A stretch of 63,717 nt of DNA, the filler included, from Octopus bimaculoides (Eukaryota), in assembly GCF_001194135.2 (NCBI RefSeq). It is 5 parts of 5 records of this genome, joined end to end, with 100 filler letters (N's around TTAATTAATTAA, not from the genome) between each part and the next. Parts side by side here need not be neighbours in the genome. Positions count along the whole stretch, not along the records: positions 1 to 18,026 come from NC_068983.1; 4 more parts are not named here. The stretch is one strand, 5' to 3'. A program made the translations under genes and the position numbers. The stretch's first letter is position 1, and every line of letters begins with the position of its first letter. Positions 1-12,893 of this stretch are shown one piece after another. A model generated the notes under the pieces. The model was not told the DNA's origin, ran no database searches, and was given only the letters and a program-made list of their open reading frames with translations.

Positions 1-332
1 AGTGTTATATTGCTACTTTAAACTAATTTTCCTCTTTTCAGGGTTGCTTTGGCACATTTTTCTAATCCGAATTTCATTTCTATTTCCTTGGTAAAGCCGT
101 GTACTGTCTGTAGTAGTGTTTCTAGCTCTTTGTCGTTTTTTGCATATAATTTTAGGTCATCCATATATAGAAGATGGCTGACTGTTTTTCCATAGCATTT
201 GTAACCGCATCCAGTTCTATTTAGCAATTCTGTTAAAGGTGTGAGTGCCAGGCAGATCAGGAGTGGAGAGAGCGTGTCTGCCTGGAATATTCCTCTTCTA
301 ATGGGGATGGCTTTCATTTTCACAAGTCCCTC

Positions 333-336
<4 letters not shown>
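1..336 (-). mobile_element. R4/Dong-like non-LTR retrotransposon, RT fragment (5'-truncated, runs off window)
   Basis: ORF 18..392(-): IPIRRGIFQADTLSPLLICLAL...SHLLYMDDLKLYAK...FGLEKCA contains the non-LTR RT motifs QGDxLSP and YMDD, typical of R4/Dong-type RTs. Homology starts right after a (TAA)n tract at 337-363. Confidence 0.85.
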
Positions 337-363
<27 letters not shown>

Positions 364-365
<2 letters not shown>

Positions 366-652
366 GTTGTTCTTTTTTTCTTCTTTCTTCAAATTTTCTT
401 CGATTTCTCGCCGAGTATTTTCTGCACACCTAGGGCAGAGAAACTCGTTGTATGCATTCCCAGTTTACACACGCAAATTCACAGGTAAAATATCTATTTA
501 AAAAAAAAATCATGAATGGATGTTTTTTTCACAGCGATAATCCTCTTCTCAGTACATGAGTTGTGCCAGTTAACACGATTTTTTTTGCACTTCCTGTAGG
601 GATGGTGAGCCTGGTATCATTTTCAGTACATTTTCTCCTGCGACCACTATTC
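364..652 (-). mobile_element. R4/Dong-like element 3' end (ORF C-terminus plus 3' UTR)
   Basis: Manual minus-strand translation with one frameshift gives IPGSPSLQEVQK-IVLTGTTHVLRRGLSL* (stop at 529-531), matching the QKxxLxGTxxILRxxL C-terminal motif of RLE-clade LINEs. Ends in a (TAA)n tail. Confidence 0.65.
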
Positions 653-1136
653 ATTTATTTGGTAAGGATTGAGCTACGGCAAAAAATTAGACTTAATATG
701 TGACTGAAATTAGGGGACATAATTTACCCCATTCCGTGCTTAAAACATGAATACGAATATTTCTTTCACTTTTGGAAAACAAACGTAATAATTTTAGATG
801 GCGGAACAATAATTCTTGCTACCGTAGAAACAAAGAAAAAATTTTGTGGAGCAGGGGATAGTCGATAACATAGAACCCAGTGCTCAAGTGCTACTGCTAA
901 TTCTATGGCTACTGCTAAAACTGCTACTGCTTGCGATACTTCTACTATTCTGACATTTGTAATTATCCATGTATTTATTTTATCGCTATCTGCAAATTCT
1001 AGGAATAGGATACCACCAAGTGCTTTCTGAAATACCACTTTACTTCAGGTTTGTCACAAATATTTCCTTAAAATTATTAGCTGTCATATATGTTCAGCCC
1101 CCATGTTTTTTCCTGCATTTCTGAACACCGGCAATA

Positions 1137-1152
1137 ATGAATAAAAATGCAG
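1137..1152 (+). CDS. Candidate coding exon 1 of small spliced gene (MNKNA/V)
   Basis: ATG preceded by in-frame TGA, A at -3, donor CAG|GTAATT, phase 1. Confidence 0.3.
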
Positions 1153-1635
1153 GTAATTCTAGGTTATTGTTTAGAAATTGTTACGTAAGTGAATGTATTT
1201 TTTTACTTATTTATTTATTTGTTTGTTTGTTTAGTCTTGGTAATAATCATTTATTTATTATGTAGTTAATATTGCATAAGAATCAATTCCTTTACCTGCT
1301 AGAATCTATACTGAAATGCAAATATTCTCGCTCCTCATGCAGCCCTCTACAAATATGCACTAAGAATGCATTCAACTGTGTAATTTAAATTAAATACTCG
1401 TATATAAAAATTTGTATTTACAAATCGAATGTACTTCAGGTTCTCTTGCGTGTATATTAGATGCCTGTCAAAAATTAAATACACATGTAACCTGAGAGCA
1501 TCGGTTTTAATCACAAATAGAAAATGACGCTATTTAACGTTTGTGTCCCATAATGAAACCTCTCGAATTTGCAAATTCTTATCACTTTGCTTTTTGAATA
1601 CGATTACTTTTCTTTCTTTGTTCAATAAAATACAG

Positions 1636-1689
1636 TGCTTGATTTTGGAATTGAGGCTGTGAGAAAATACGCAGATGTATCCGATTTGA
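1636..1689 (+). CDS. Candidate 54-nt coding exon (LDFGIEAVRKYADVSDL)
   Basis: Pyrimidine tract plus tacAG acceptor, consensus GTAAGT donor at 1690. Only the phase-1 frame is open. Confidence 0.45.
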
Positions 1690-2607
1690 GTAAGTATTTC
1701 AGTTTAGTTACATTCATCTAATATCATGTAATACCGTGCCACATGGTCAAAACGGTTGAAGAGTAATCTAGTGGTTTTGGGGAATGACCAAGTCTCTATT
1801 GGACGAGTGACTCGGAATGGCCCGGGAACAAATTGACAAATATAAAATGCAGCATTGTGTTGTACATGTCCAAACACCTGACCTGACTTGTAGTCACAAT
1901 TAATGGTGCCTAAAAAAGACTTTCTCATTTATGAAATAGTCCTACTAATATGATTTTATTAATATCTTGATGAGTTGGTACTCTGCGTTCTGGTAGTAAC
2001 AACGCGTCTACTGTATTGCTATATAAATGTTGGGAGGGAAGATTAAAAACATTTATTCTATAAAATATTTTTTGTTTTTTTTTAAATCGTTTGTGTTGAA
2101 GTAAACTTCAGTATATTGAAGTACTTTGTGTCATGTTTAAATATCTCTTTGTTTTGTGGGTGAAAACATTATATTAACACTTTCCCACTGCTAAGACACA
2201 ATGTTGACTTGTAGACCTTTAATATATTTACTCGTATACATGGAAGTAAGATGGCAGAATCTTAAACTCGCTGGAAACATTTATGAAACGGTTGCTTTAA
2301 AAATTTCACACAAAACAAGACATTTCTTTCTCAGAAGAGTTACTTTGTACTTTTGGAAGAAATATGCCATGATTCTACATAATGCTGAAAACAATGATGA
2401 TGATGATAATGATGATGATGGTATGGTAGTAGTGGTGGTCCTGGGGTGGGAATGGTGACACTAATGATGATGTTGTTTTGAACAAACAGATGTTAAGGAA
2501 AAGAGTGTTGACTTTGATGCTGATCAGTGGTAAAAGAGGTAGTACTTTGATGAGAATATTATATATGTTCTTTAGTTTGCGAGTTTGTTTCCTGTGTGTT
2601 TTAGCAG

Positions 2608-2688
2608 GAATTTTTTGGGCAACAACAACGTGCAGAATTGCGATGAAAATATTTCAAATGACAAAATATATAAAAGATCTGGAAAAGG
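2608..2688 (+). CDS. Candidate 81-nt coding exon (IFWATTTCRIAMKIFQMTKYIKDLEK)
   Basis: NAGNAG acceptor (ttttAGcAG, alternative start 2605), donor G|GTGCGT, phase 1-1, in frame with the previous exon. Confidence 0.4.
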
Positions 2689-3175
2689 GTGCGTGGAAAG
2701 ACAAAAAGTAGAATGAACGACACGTAAAACTATTTTCAGAAATTTGATGACATCAGATATATACAACGCTTGGATATGGGTTCAAAGATACAACATTATG
2801 CCATTTTCACGTGCACTCATATACATTCACATGCTTTGAATCATAATGGTTTTCAAAAAAGCATTTCTCGAGCTTTTAGCGTTTCATGTGTTTATGTTAT
2901 CTAATAGATCCCTTGATGCTGCTCTTAACAACACTTTCTTAATGAACTAGATACCGAGAACAGTCCATATTTCCCAACTGTACATGATTAAGATGTTAAG
3001 AATGGTGTGCGTTTTCCAAAAACACAGCATTATGAAAATACGGAGTATGTGACAAATTTATCAAAACGTGTATTTAATGAACAAAGCCATTTGATCAAAG
3101 GCATTTTGGCTTTGTGCAATGAGTTTGCACAACTTATATGTTTGTCATGGGTGCCCTTTAAATATATTTCTTAAG

Positions 3176-3222
3176 GCAGAAAAACATCTGAGGAGGATTT
3201 GGCATTATCACTAGCTGATTAA
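3176..3222 (+). CDS. Candidate terminal coding exon (GRKTSEEDLALSLAD*)
   Basis: Acceptor tttcttaAG; the phase-1 frame ends at TAA 3220-3222. Confidence 0.25.
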
Positions 3223-3518
3223 GAAAAGAATGGCGTAGGTTGTGGCCAATGCTATTAGAACTTACCAATTGGCATTAATGTTGAAACTGGAATAAGAAAT
3301 AGAAACATGTACACATTTAACCTACACTGTGGTTGATGTCAGTCTTCAAATAGTAGCACTAGAGTATGCAGAACATTATAAAATGTAAAGAAAGAAAGCA
3401 TTCTAATTGTTATGATCTTCATCTGAATCATAAATAGCTGATTCAATGTATTACCTCCCCTGTATTCGCAAGCGTACGCACACGCGCGCACACATACATA
3501 CGCAAACAAACACACACA

Positions 3519-3752
3519 AAGGCGGCAAGCTGGCAAAAACGTTAGTATGCCGGGCGAAATGCTTAGCGGTATTTCGTCTGCCGCTACGTTCTGAGTTCAA
3601 ATTCAGCCGACGTCGACTTTGCCTATCATCCTTTCAGGGTCGATTAAATACGTACCAGTTACGCACTGAGGTCGATATAATCGACTTAATCCGTTTGTCT
3701 GTCCTTGTTTGTCCCCTCCGTGTGTAGCCCCTTGTGGGTAATAAAGAAATAA
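3519..3752 (+). mobile_element. tRNA-derived SINE family A, tail type A1, full length
   Basis: Head AAGGCGGCGAGCTGGCAG with B-box GAGTTCAAATTC, core GCCTTTCATCCTTTCGGGGTCGATAAA, tail TGTCCCCTC..GTAGCCCCTTGTGGG. Near-identical copies at 50377 and 62960-63195. Confidence 0.9.
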
Positions 3753-3804
3753 CACACACATATATATAGAGAGAGGGTGATATTTAAGATAGACCTATAT
3801 ATGT

Positions 3805-4025
3805 ATATTCGAAGTTCATCTCTGGTGACGAAATCTAGTGCTACGGAATTTGCAGATGTGGAAGAGGTGAAAAACACAATAATGGAGGCGATGAAAGGCA
3901 TCACTTTGCAAGAGTACCAGCACTGCTTCGAATAGTGCAGTATACTTTGAAGGCGATAAAAATGTAAACATGTAAAACTAAGTGAATAAAATAATATTGC
4001 AGAATTCCGGTTTCTTATGGGTATA
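3805..4025 (+). mobile_element. Internally deleted mariner (DD34D) transposon relic
   Basis: Translates KFISGDE (first catalytic D motif), then FADVEEVKNTIMEAMKGITLQEYQHCFE and YFEGD (mariner C-terminus). Followed by a mariner-like 3' end (AATTCCGGTTTCTTATGGGTA) and TA repeats. Confidence 0.7.
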
Positions 4026-4399
4026 TATGTATACCTTTTACAAATACATATGATCATATATGTATGTACTTATATATGCATGCATGTATGTATGTATGTA
4101 TGTATGTATGTATGTATGTATGTATGTATGTATGTATGTATGTACGTATGTATGTATGTGTTTCTGATTGTATGTTTACCTTATATGCACGGGTATTGTT
4201 GTTTCCAGTATTTCCCAATTTAGCTACAGTTAACAAAGAAATTAAAAACAGTTACAAATAAGTACAAAATTAATAAAGCTTATTTGGGTTGACAAGCACA
4301 TTTATTCCTAATAAAGCTATATTCGTCGAAGTTGTGTTCGTCACAGAGGAACAGCTCCATTAAATACAGTTGTTCATAACGTGCTAGATTCACTACCAC

Positions 4400-5225
4400 A
4401 AGGGATTCTGAGAGACCAGTGTTTCAACATGTTGTGTCTCATGAAAGTTAGTGTTGGTAAGACGTTCAATTGGTGTTTTGGATTGATAAGTATGGAGTTG
4501 GGGATTATGGTGTGTTATGTTATTAAGGTGGGGGTTAGCTGGTTTCTGATTTTCTTGTTGATTTTGAGTTTCTTGTTAAGATGTCAGATTATTCTGGCAA
4601 TATTGGTGGTGGTGGTGGAGTAAAATAATCTTATAGATTGGAGGTTAAATATTTTTCTAAGGTGGTTAGATTTAGAGAAATATCCTTCGAGTAAGGCGAA
4701 GAAGATTTTAGGTATGCGAGTCTGAACATAGAGGCCGAAGGGTGGAGTGGGGTGGAATCCGATGACGCCCAAGGTTCTTTTTCGCTTAATCCGATTGGGG
4801 GGCAATGGGTCGTGATTGGGCTTTGGTTGTGCACCCTGGTCTGTTTCGGTGAGTTGCGATATATATAGAACTTGGGGTTTCTTAGGTAGGCTGTTACTCT
4901 GAAATTTGGACTGGTATTGGAATGATGGGATAGGGTGGATTTTGCATTCATTTTATGGGAGAACAGAACTTGTCTCGTTTCTGAATTTAATGAAGGGAGG
5001 AATATTCCACATGGGGATATATTCGATTGAGTTTTTATAACCGGCGAGTTTTAGGGCAGAATTGTATAATTCTGCAAATTGATCGAAAGATTCCTTATTA
5101 TCAGATAGTGAGGAAATCCGGTATAAAACGTTTTCTTTGATAAATGTTAGTGCCGAGGGGAGGGGATTGAAGGAGGAGTTCGCGCAGTTAAAGTTTTCTC
5201 CAGCTTTGTTATATGGGTAGACGGT
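4400..5225 (-). mobile_element. Penelope-like element fragment (RT thumb/linker)
   Basis: Minus strand YPYNKAGENFNCANSSFNPLPSAL..VLYRISSLSDNKESFDQFAELYNSALKLAGY and ORF 4584..4805 (PPFGLYVQTRIPKIFFALLEGYFSKSNHLRKIFNLQSIRLFYS) match the PLE region between RT and GIY-YIG. Frameshifted. Confidence 0.75.
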
Positions 5226-5449
5226 TTCGTGTTACATGTCTAGGTTTCGTGTTACATGCCTCGGTTTCGTGTTGCGTGCAAGAAATTAGCAGTTTTAACG
5301 TTGTTACAGATGGAGATGCTAAGGCCTACATTAAAAAAAAAGCTTCTTAATTTTTATATACATATATATATAGCCGCAGGTGAATCATAAGTAACGGTGC
5401 AAAATAACAGTGGTGCTCCAGCGTGGCTGAAGCGAATAAAAGAAAAATG

Positions 5450-5491
<42 letters not shown>

Positions 5492-5778
5492 AGTTATTTG
5501 TTATGGCCGGGGGGCATTCAGTGAGCACTGGTTTCGCACCTAGAAAGGGCTTAGCCATATAGGCGACTCTTCTGACTCAAATGGCCGAAGTGCATAACCT
5601 CTCTACAAATGGGGGAGCAAACACAGCACGATCAGCTATTTTTGTGAAAAGAAAAACGTATTTGACTGTGTGGTAGGTGTTACACTCGGAACGGTGTTAT
5701 CCTCTTACATCGGTTCAATCCGCAATGATAATCGGAGAAGCTGCCGCGGGCCAATTCAGAGGAAGGTGAAACCCAAGC

Positions 5779-5875
5779 TTTACGTTTTAGATGAAGGCAT
5801 TGATGGCACGCATGCATGAACATATAAAAATGTCTATCCATAAAATATTTCTCGTTATTAATATATACATACATT
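5779..5875. repeat. Local ~95-bp repeat, copy 1 (copy 2 at 8196-8292), each followed by (TA)n
   Basis: Shared TTTAGATGA(A/G)GGCATTGATGGCA..TCTATCC..AAATATTTCTCG.TATTAATATATACATAC. Confidence 0.85.
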
Positions 5876-6670
5876 ATATATATATATATATATATATATA
5901 CTTACACACACATATATATATATATATAAACATACACACACACGAGCACACGCACACACACACACACGCACACACACACGCACATACGCGCGCGCGCACA
6001 CATATATATATATAACTTCTTTTCAAAATATTTCTTCGAATGTATGGGTAATTACCAAGAAATCAATTAGCAGATCAATTCCTTGGTATAATGTTGATTC
6101 TGCTTATTGAAATGGAAAATGGGCCAATGAAATTAGAGGGGTCATATTGATTTGTATTCTGAGGTTCACGATAATACCGAATTTAAGGTGATATTTGACG
6201 GTATTCATGCAGAGATCAGTGGCAGCTCCTAATATATTATTCCTTTCGGAAGAAGCGTTTTGAAATTAGATATACCATGAAAAGTTATATCGTTTTGCAG
6301 TATCACATCAGTCAATAATATTAATAATATAGATAGTATGCATATTTTAGAGATGGAAACATAAATATTTGATCAGTTAATAATTTTCTACAGCATTTGG
6401 ATAAATTTCATATTCGCCTTGTTAGTATTTGAGCCATTAGTGAAGGGGAAACAGTACTCGTTATTCTTTGTTCTGCCATAACAAATATACTATAAAGTGT
6501 ATTGATAAAATACTAACGTTAATGAGCGATAATTATGTAGACATTTTACTTTTAATGTATATATGTATGTATATGTATATGCATACATACATGCCTGTAT
6601 ATATACATATATGTACATACACACATACATGCATGTATGATGTTTATGTATATATATACATGCTTGTATG

Positions 6671-6723
<53 letters not shown>

Positions 6724-9700
6724 ACCCATCATGAATATCTAATCATGGAGAAATTACTCCATCTATTAGTATAGATGATCAATCAATCTTCTATCTTGTC
6801 TGTTTTCTTATTTCTTTATTTCCATCGATTGGCCAGTTCGATACATATTTGATCTCAAACATAATTGCGCTAATAGATAACGGACATATAAAATCTCTAA
6901 TGACGTATTGAATCTCCTGGCTGAAATTGTCATCATTGTTCTTAATTAAGACGTTAGATCTGATAATATCGATAAATAGTGCCTTCTGTTATTGTGGGAT
7001 GTTCTCTCTGAAAACATATCTTCCCCATCACATACTAAATTAATAGATATACTTAATCAAAGAATTTTGTTTTCAGTTGTTGTAGTCAGATGTTGAAAAG
7101 TTTCTGTGTTGCTGTAGTTTCAGTATTCCTCACACATAGATTCACACACATATATGTATGTATGTATGCATGTATGTATGCATGTATGTATGTATGTTTA
7201 TATATAGATATGTACATACATACATATATAAATCATATATATCGATGTATTAGATATATATGGACGTGTATATCTATATGTAAATATGTTCGTATGTGCA
7301 GGTACACATGAGTGCATATACATGGACACAAGTTTATACACATATGATGATTCAAAATGACGTCTGCCAAAAACTTGATATACGTTATAAACAGCTAAAA
7401 AACAAATAAACAGACGACTGTTATGCGAAAAATATGGCGTTTAATAAAACTAAACCAGCAGCAGTTTGTTACACCATCAAATCAAATCTTCAGACTGTAA
7501 TCTCTCTGTTTGAGACAAAATATGTTTTCAAACTTTTCGGTTACAGATAGTAAACTTTCGGGGATAAAACTATTTTTATGTTATGTAGAAATTGCTGTAC
7601 CAAAATGTGTAATGTATTTTGAGACATTTCTGTTTGATAACTTATTCAAGTGGTTGCTTTCAGATACGTTTCACAATGCAGCCCCAAGTATTTTTGTGTC
7701 CCATTAACTTTGGTCGATATTCTGCATGTGGGTCTGCCAATAACGTCAATGTAGATGAGAAGCCTTCATCTTTACTATGGCGCAGAAGTCACTAATATAT
7801 GAGCTATAGCTCAGTACTATAGCAGTGACCAGCGAAACTTAAACTGCTTCAAGCAATAATGCCGGATAGAGCAGAATGTGTCAATAAATCACTTTTTAAA
7901 GGTTCGAGTGGAGCTGGAGAATTAGAGATTCATTATAATTCTCAGAGTTGAAAGACAAAATGGAAAACTTTCTTTAAAATCCGTCGTTACATTTGTCCAC
8001 TCATCCATCTTTAGGTCAGCTCTAAATCATTTCTTAAAATTCCAACTCGAATGAATTCTTCCCTACCCGAAATTAACTTATGACAAACATACTCCAACTT
8101 AAGACACGCTTTCAAATGCAAAATCTTTGGTGCACTTTAAACAGAAGAAAATGCGGTTGCATTGCTCATGACTTGTGTTAAACACATTCTAAATATTTAC
8201 GATTTAGATGAGGGCATTGATGGCATGCATTCATAAAAATATAAAAAATTCTATCCGTGAAATATTTCTCGCTATTAATATATACATACATTTTATATAT
8301 NNNNNNNNNNNNNNNNNNNNNNNNNNNNNNNNNNNNNNNNNNNNNNNNNNNNNNNNNNNNNNNNNNNNNNNNNNNNNNNNNNNNNNNNNNNNNNNNNNNN
8401 NNNNNNNNNNNNNNNNNNNNNNNNNNNNNNNNNNNNNNNNNNNNNNNNNNNNNNNNNNNNNNNNNNNNNNNNNNNNNNNNNNNNNNNNNNNNNNNNNNNN
8501 NNNNNNNNNNNNNNNNNNNNNNNNNNNNNNNNNNNNNNNNNNNNNNNNNNNNNNNNNNNNNNNNNNNNNNNNNNNNNNNNNNNNNNNNNNNNNNNNNNNN
8601 NNNNNNNNNNNNNNNNNNNNNNNNNNNNNNNNNNNNNNNNNNNNNNNNNNNNNNNNNNNNNNNNNNNNNNNNNNNNNNNNNNNNNNNNNNNNNNNNNNNN
8701 NNNNNNNNNNNNNNNNNNNNNNNNNNNNNNNNNNNNNNNNNNNNNNNNNNNNNNNNNNNNNNNNNNNNNNNNNNNNNNNNNNNNNNNNNNNNNNNNNNNN
8801 NNNNNNNNNNNNNNNNNNNNNNNNNNNNNNNNNNNNNNNNNNNNNNNNNNNNNNNNNNNNNNNNNNNNNNNNNNNNNNNNNNNNNNNNNNNNNNNNNNNN
8901 NNNNNNNNNNNNNNNNNNNNNNNNNNNNNNNNNNNNNNNNNNNNNNNNNNNNNNNNNNNNNNNNNNNNNNNNNNNNNNNNNNNNNNNNNNNNNNNNNTAT
9001 ACATATACATACACACACTACTAAATAGTTCATGTTAACCTGCTGTAATTCACTTTCATACAACGGATATACTCGTTCATCAACGTCCAGCCTCATATTA
9101 AAACAGAATAATGCTAGCGTCGGGTTTATAGGAATACTTTTCCTTTCAACTCCTTGAGCCGTCCTAATCATTTTTACATCTTTTTGTTCCTATCTGGTTT
9201 TAATTTATTTTCATTTGTATTACATTCGTCAGCTTCGCTTTTTCTACAGTTAAATCTTCTGTATTCTCCTTCGCTCACATGGTTTCTTTCTGCGCTACAC
9301 CTTATGCACACTTAAGTGATTTTGCCCTTTGCATTGGTCACTAGATTGAATACGAAGGGCATAAAACTATGGTATCTTACCAGTCACTACCAAATGAGTT
9401 GTTTTACTTTAGTCGTATAATTTTTCCAAACAATGAAAGTATTACCGACGGAAGATATGCAGCTGTTTCGTTCTTGCAGATTACTACTGATTCCCAGGCA
9501 ACGTTTGTTTTCATGCTGTTGACACCGACAGATGGAATGGTATAGCACATATATCGAAAGAACAGTGATATCCTTTTGGAAGTTGACGGAGGGAATGCAA
9601 TTTTGTTATGCTTATTTGTGGATTTCCATATCTTAGTCCCGTTATTCTTAGTTGTCCTTCATTCTAGTAAATTCGGAAGCGTTTGTGTATTCATGGCCTG

Positions 9701-10417
9701 TGCAGATTTGCTTAATATTGGTTGCTTTTCTTCATAGATAGTCTTATGTCTAGTTAATGCTTACATACTGGTGTCTAGTAATGGGAGCGGCTAGAGAGTG
9801 ACACACGATGACCGCATGAAAAGACACAAGTAGCTGTCTTAGAAAAAATTGGTTCTTTATATGTATTTCCGAAGAAATACGTAACCTATTATATGAATGG
9901 GTTTCATAATGCAAAGTCATCGAAGATTTCCATCACAATAAAAAGAGGGACATACTCACAGAGCTTTTCCTTCACTGTGCTTCGCATAGACAACCAAACG
10001 ACGCTTTTTCTCGCATTTGGAATTTATATCAACATTATTTCGTGCAAAGTACAATGTCCTAAACATTTAATTCTTCTACATTTCGCTAAAAATAAACTCA
10101 GTGGAATGAAATTTATTTTCTGCTAACTACAATATATGTATAGCAGTGCATTGCAGCGACAATAATTTCTGAGATTTCTAAAAGAACACGATCGAAATGT
10201 TTACTTTACCACTTACATGAACACACAAACACATACACATATACACAAACACACGCACAAACACACACACACACACACACACATGCACAAACCCATACAC
10301 AGATATATACACAAACACACACATTTATGCATGAATGTTTATAAAAGGAAGGATGTATGCATAACCACTGCATTTCTTCAGAGGCAAAAGTGTGTTATTC
10401 CACCACATAGGTTAACG

Positions 10418-10500
<83 letters not shown>

Positions 10501-10975
10501 TACATATACGAATGCATATATACATACGCACACTCGCGTGCGTGTGTGTGTGAACAAGATTCGATACTAGCATGTATAAACATTCTGATTGCAATTCATA
10601 GTGCAAAATATAAAATAAAAGTTCCATTAGTAAAAAATGGTAGGAATTAATAAACAACAGGAAACTATTAACTAAAAGATGGGTGGCGAAACTATTATCT
10701 ATTTTTAATATGTCTGATATAATGAGAAATTTAATACATAGTTACAAATTACACTGGATATAAAGAGAATCAATTAACTTATGGAACTACTGTAGTTCAT
10801 TTGGCTGAAAGGAAGTTGCATCTAATTCTAATTTGTCCGGCTATTTACATCGAAAATTTAGAAGATATTTTGTGAGTTACACTGAAGATGATATAAGCTG
10901 TTCATTGAGAGCTGAAATAATGAAATCATTTCAAATTCCAGTTGTCGCCAGTTTATTTCAGTTTCTCGAGTGAAA

Positions 10976-11042
<67 letters not shown>

Positions 11043-12256
11043 TGTTGTTGCTGTCACCGAACAAGGAGAAATTGTGTGTTGGCGTTTCTCTATAAATTCG
11101 TCAATAGCGTGATGACTTTTCTTCACGTGGACTTATTTTCATTAAGGATATTACTTCCGGAACGTGTCTCCATGCCAGCGATAGATGATGCATGACACAT
11201 GTGTAAATATACAGCTACAAATACCACTTCTTGTTTCATTTTCAGAATCGGGAAATATTTATTCTTCATTAAATTATGGAATATGTCACGCATAATTTTA
11301 TTAGATGTATTATTTAAAACTTGTGTAATTCATTGCGACTGTTTCCTTTGCTATGGATATTTTGGTTTTCTACAGATAGCGTGCTTAAAATATGAATTTC
11401 TTATTATTTTGACAACTGACAAAGACTTAACTTCATGAGGTGCCAATTGCATAGTATGTTTCTGGCAACAGTGCTCAATGATGTCGATGAAATGTAAGCT
11501 ACAGATGAGACGAGTCTGCAACTAATTTTCAGCATCACCTCGAAGCAATTCTGTTTCTTTAATTGTAATGATGAGTGGAGTTTATCCTGCACTGAGACCG
11601 TCATTAAAATGCTATCACTATTATCACCTCCATTCAACATTAGATAACTCGAAACTAGAAACATGGCCATCCTAAATACAAACTATATAGTTTTGATTAA
11701 TTTCTCCTTTAGGTCCCATTATGTAACAACTGAAACAAAGCTCAGCGATATATCTAAACTTGTAGAAAATTAACCTTCTCCACAAATAAACTGCCTCTAT
11801 TGTAATTATGTGTACTTGCATGGAAAATATCAGTTTTATATTCCTTCTGTGGTTTAGTAGATTTCAAAATGACCAAGGTCTGTAAAATATAGAAATATAG
11901 CCATAAGACGAAGGCATATAGTAAAGTTCTGAAATTTTAAACACAATTTTCATGGAGTATATATTAGTATGAATTACATCTTGATATACAAAAAGAATTA
12001 ATATTTCTTACTCAAAATTACACTCTGAAATTATGAAGACTTCCCTCATAATCACTGTAAATATATTATCACATGACATGCAAGTACATCATGTGCAGTC
12101 GATTATTATGCGCGTGTGCGTGTATGTATATATGCATGTATGCATGTATGTATGTATTTATGTATGTATGTATGTATGTATATATGTATGTTTGTTTGTA
12201 TGTATGTATATATGTATGTTTGTTTGTATGTATGTATGTATGTATGTATATATATA

Positions 12257-12303
<47 letters not shown>

Positions 12304-12861
12304 ATATATATATATATATATATNNNNNNNNNNNNNNNNNNNNNNNNNNNNNNNNNNNNNNNNNNNNNNNNNNNNNNNNNNNNNNNNNNNNNNNNNNNNN
12401 NNNNNNNNNNNNNNNNNNNNNNNNNNNNNNNNNNNNNNNNNNNNNNNNNNNNNNNNNNNNNNNNNNNNNNNNNNNNNNNNNNNNNNNNNNNNNNNNNNNN
12501 NNNNNNNNNNNNNNNNNNNNNNNNNNNNNNNNNNNNNNNNNNNNNNNNNNNNNNNNNNNNNNNNNNNNNNNNNNNNNNNNNNNNNNNNNNNNNNNNNNNN
12601 NNNNNNNNNNNNNNNNNNNNNNNNNNNNNNNNNNNNNNNNNNNNNNNNNNNNNNNNNNNNNNNNNNNNNNNNNNNNNNNNNNNNNNNNNNNNNNNNNNNN
12701 NNNNNNNNNNNNNNNNNNNNNNNNNNNNNNNNNNNNNNNNNNNNNNNNNNNNNNNNNNNNNNNNNNNNNNNNNNNNNNNNNNNNNNNNNNNNNNNNNNNN
12801 NNNNNNNNNNNNNNNNNNNNNNNNNNNNNNNNNNNNNNNNNNNNNNNNNNNNNNNNNNNNN

Positions 12862-12893
<32 letters not shown>

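Noticed and set aside
766-1038. Hydrophobic 90-aa minus-strand ORF resembling a GPCR/TM segment
   Set aside because: The hydrophobic stretch derives from a degenerate GCTACT repeat at 885-950; no convincing family motif.
1704-1928. 74-aa minus-strand ORF with lectin- or glycosyltransferase-like words
   Set aside because: Key motif residues are missing, and it lies in the intron of the plus-strand candidate model.
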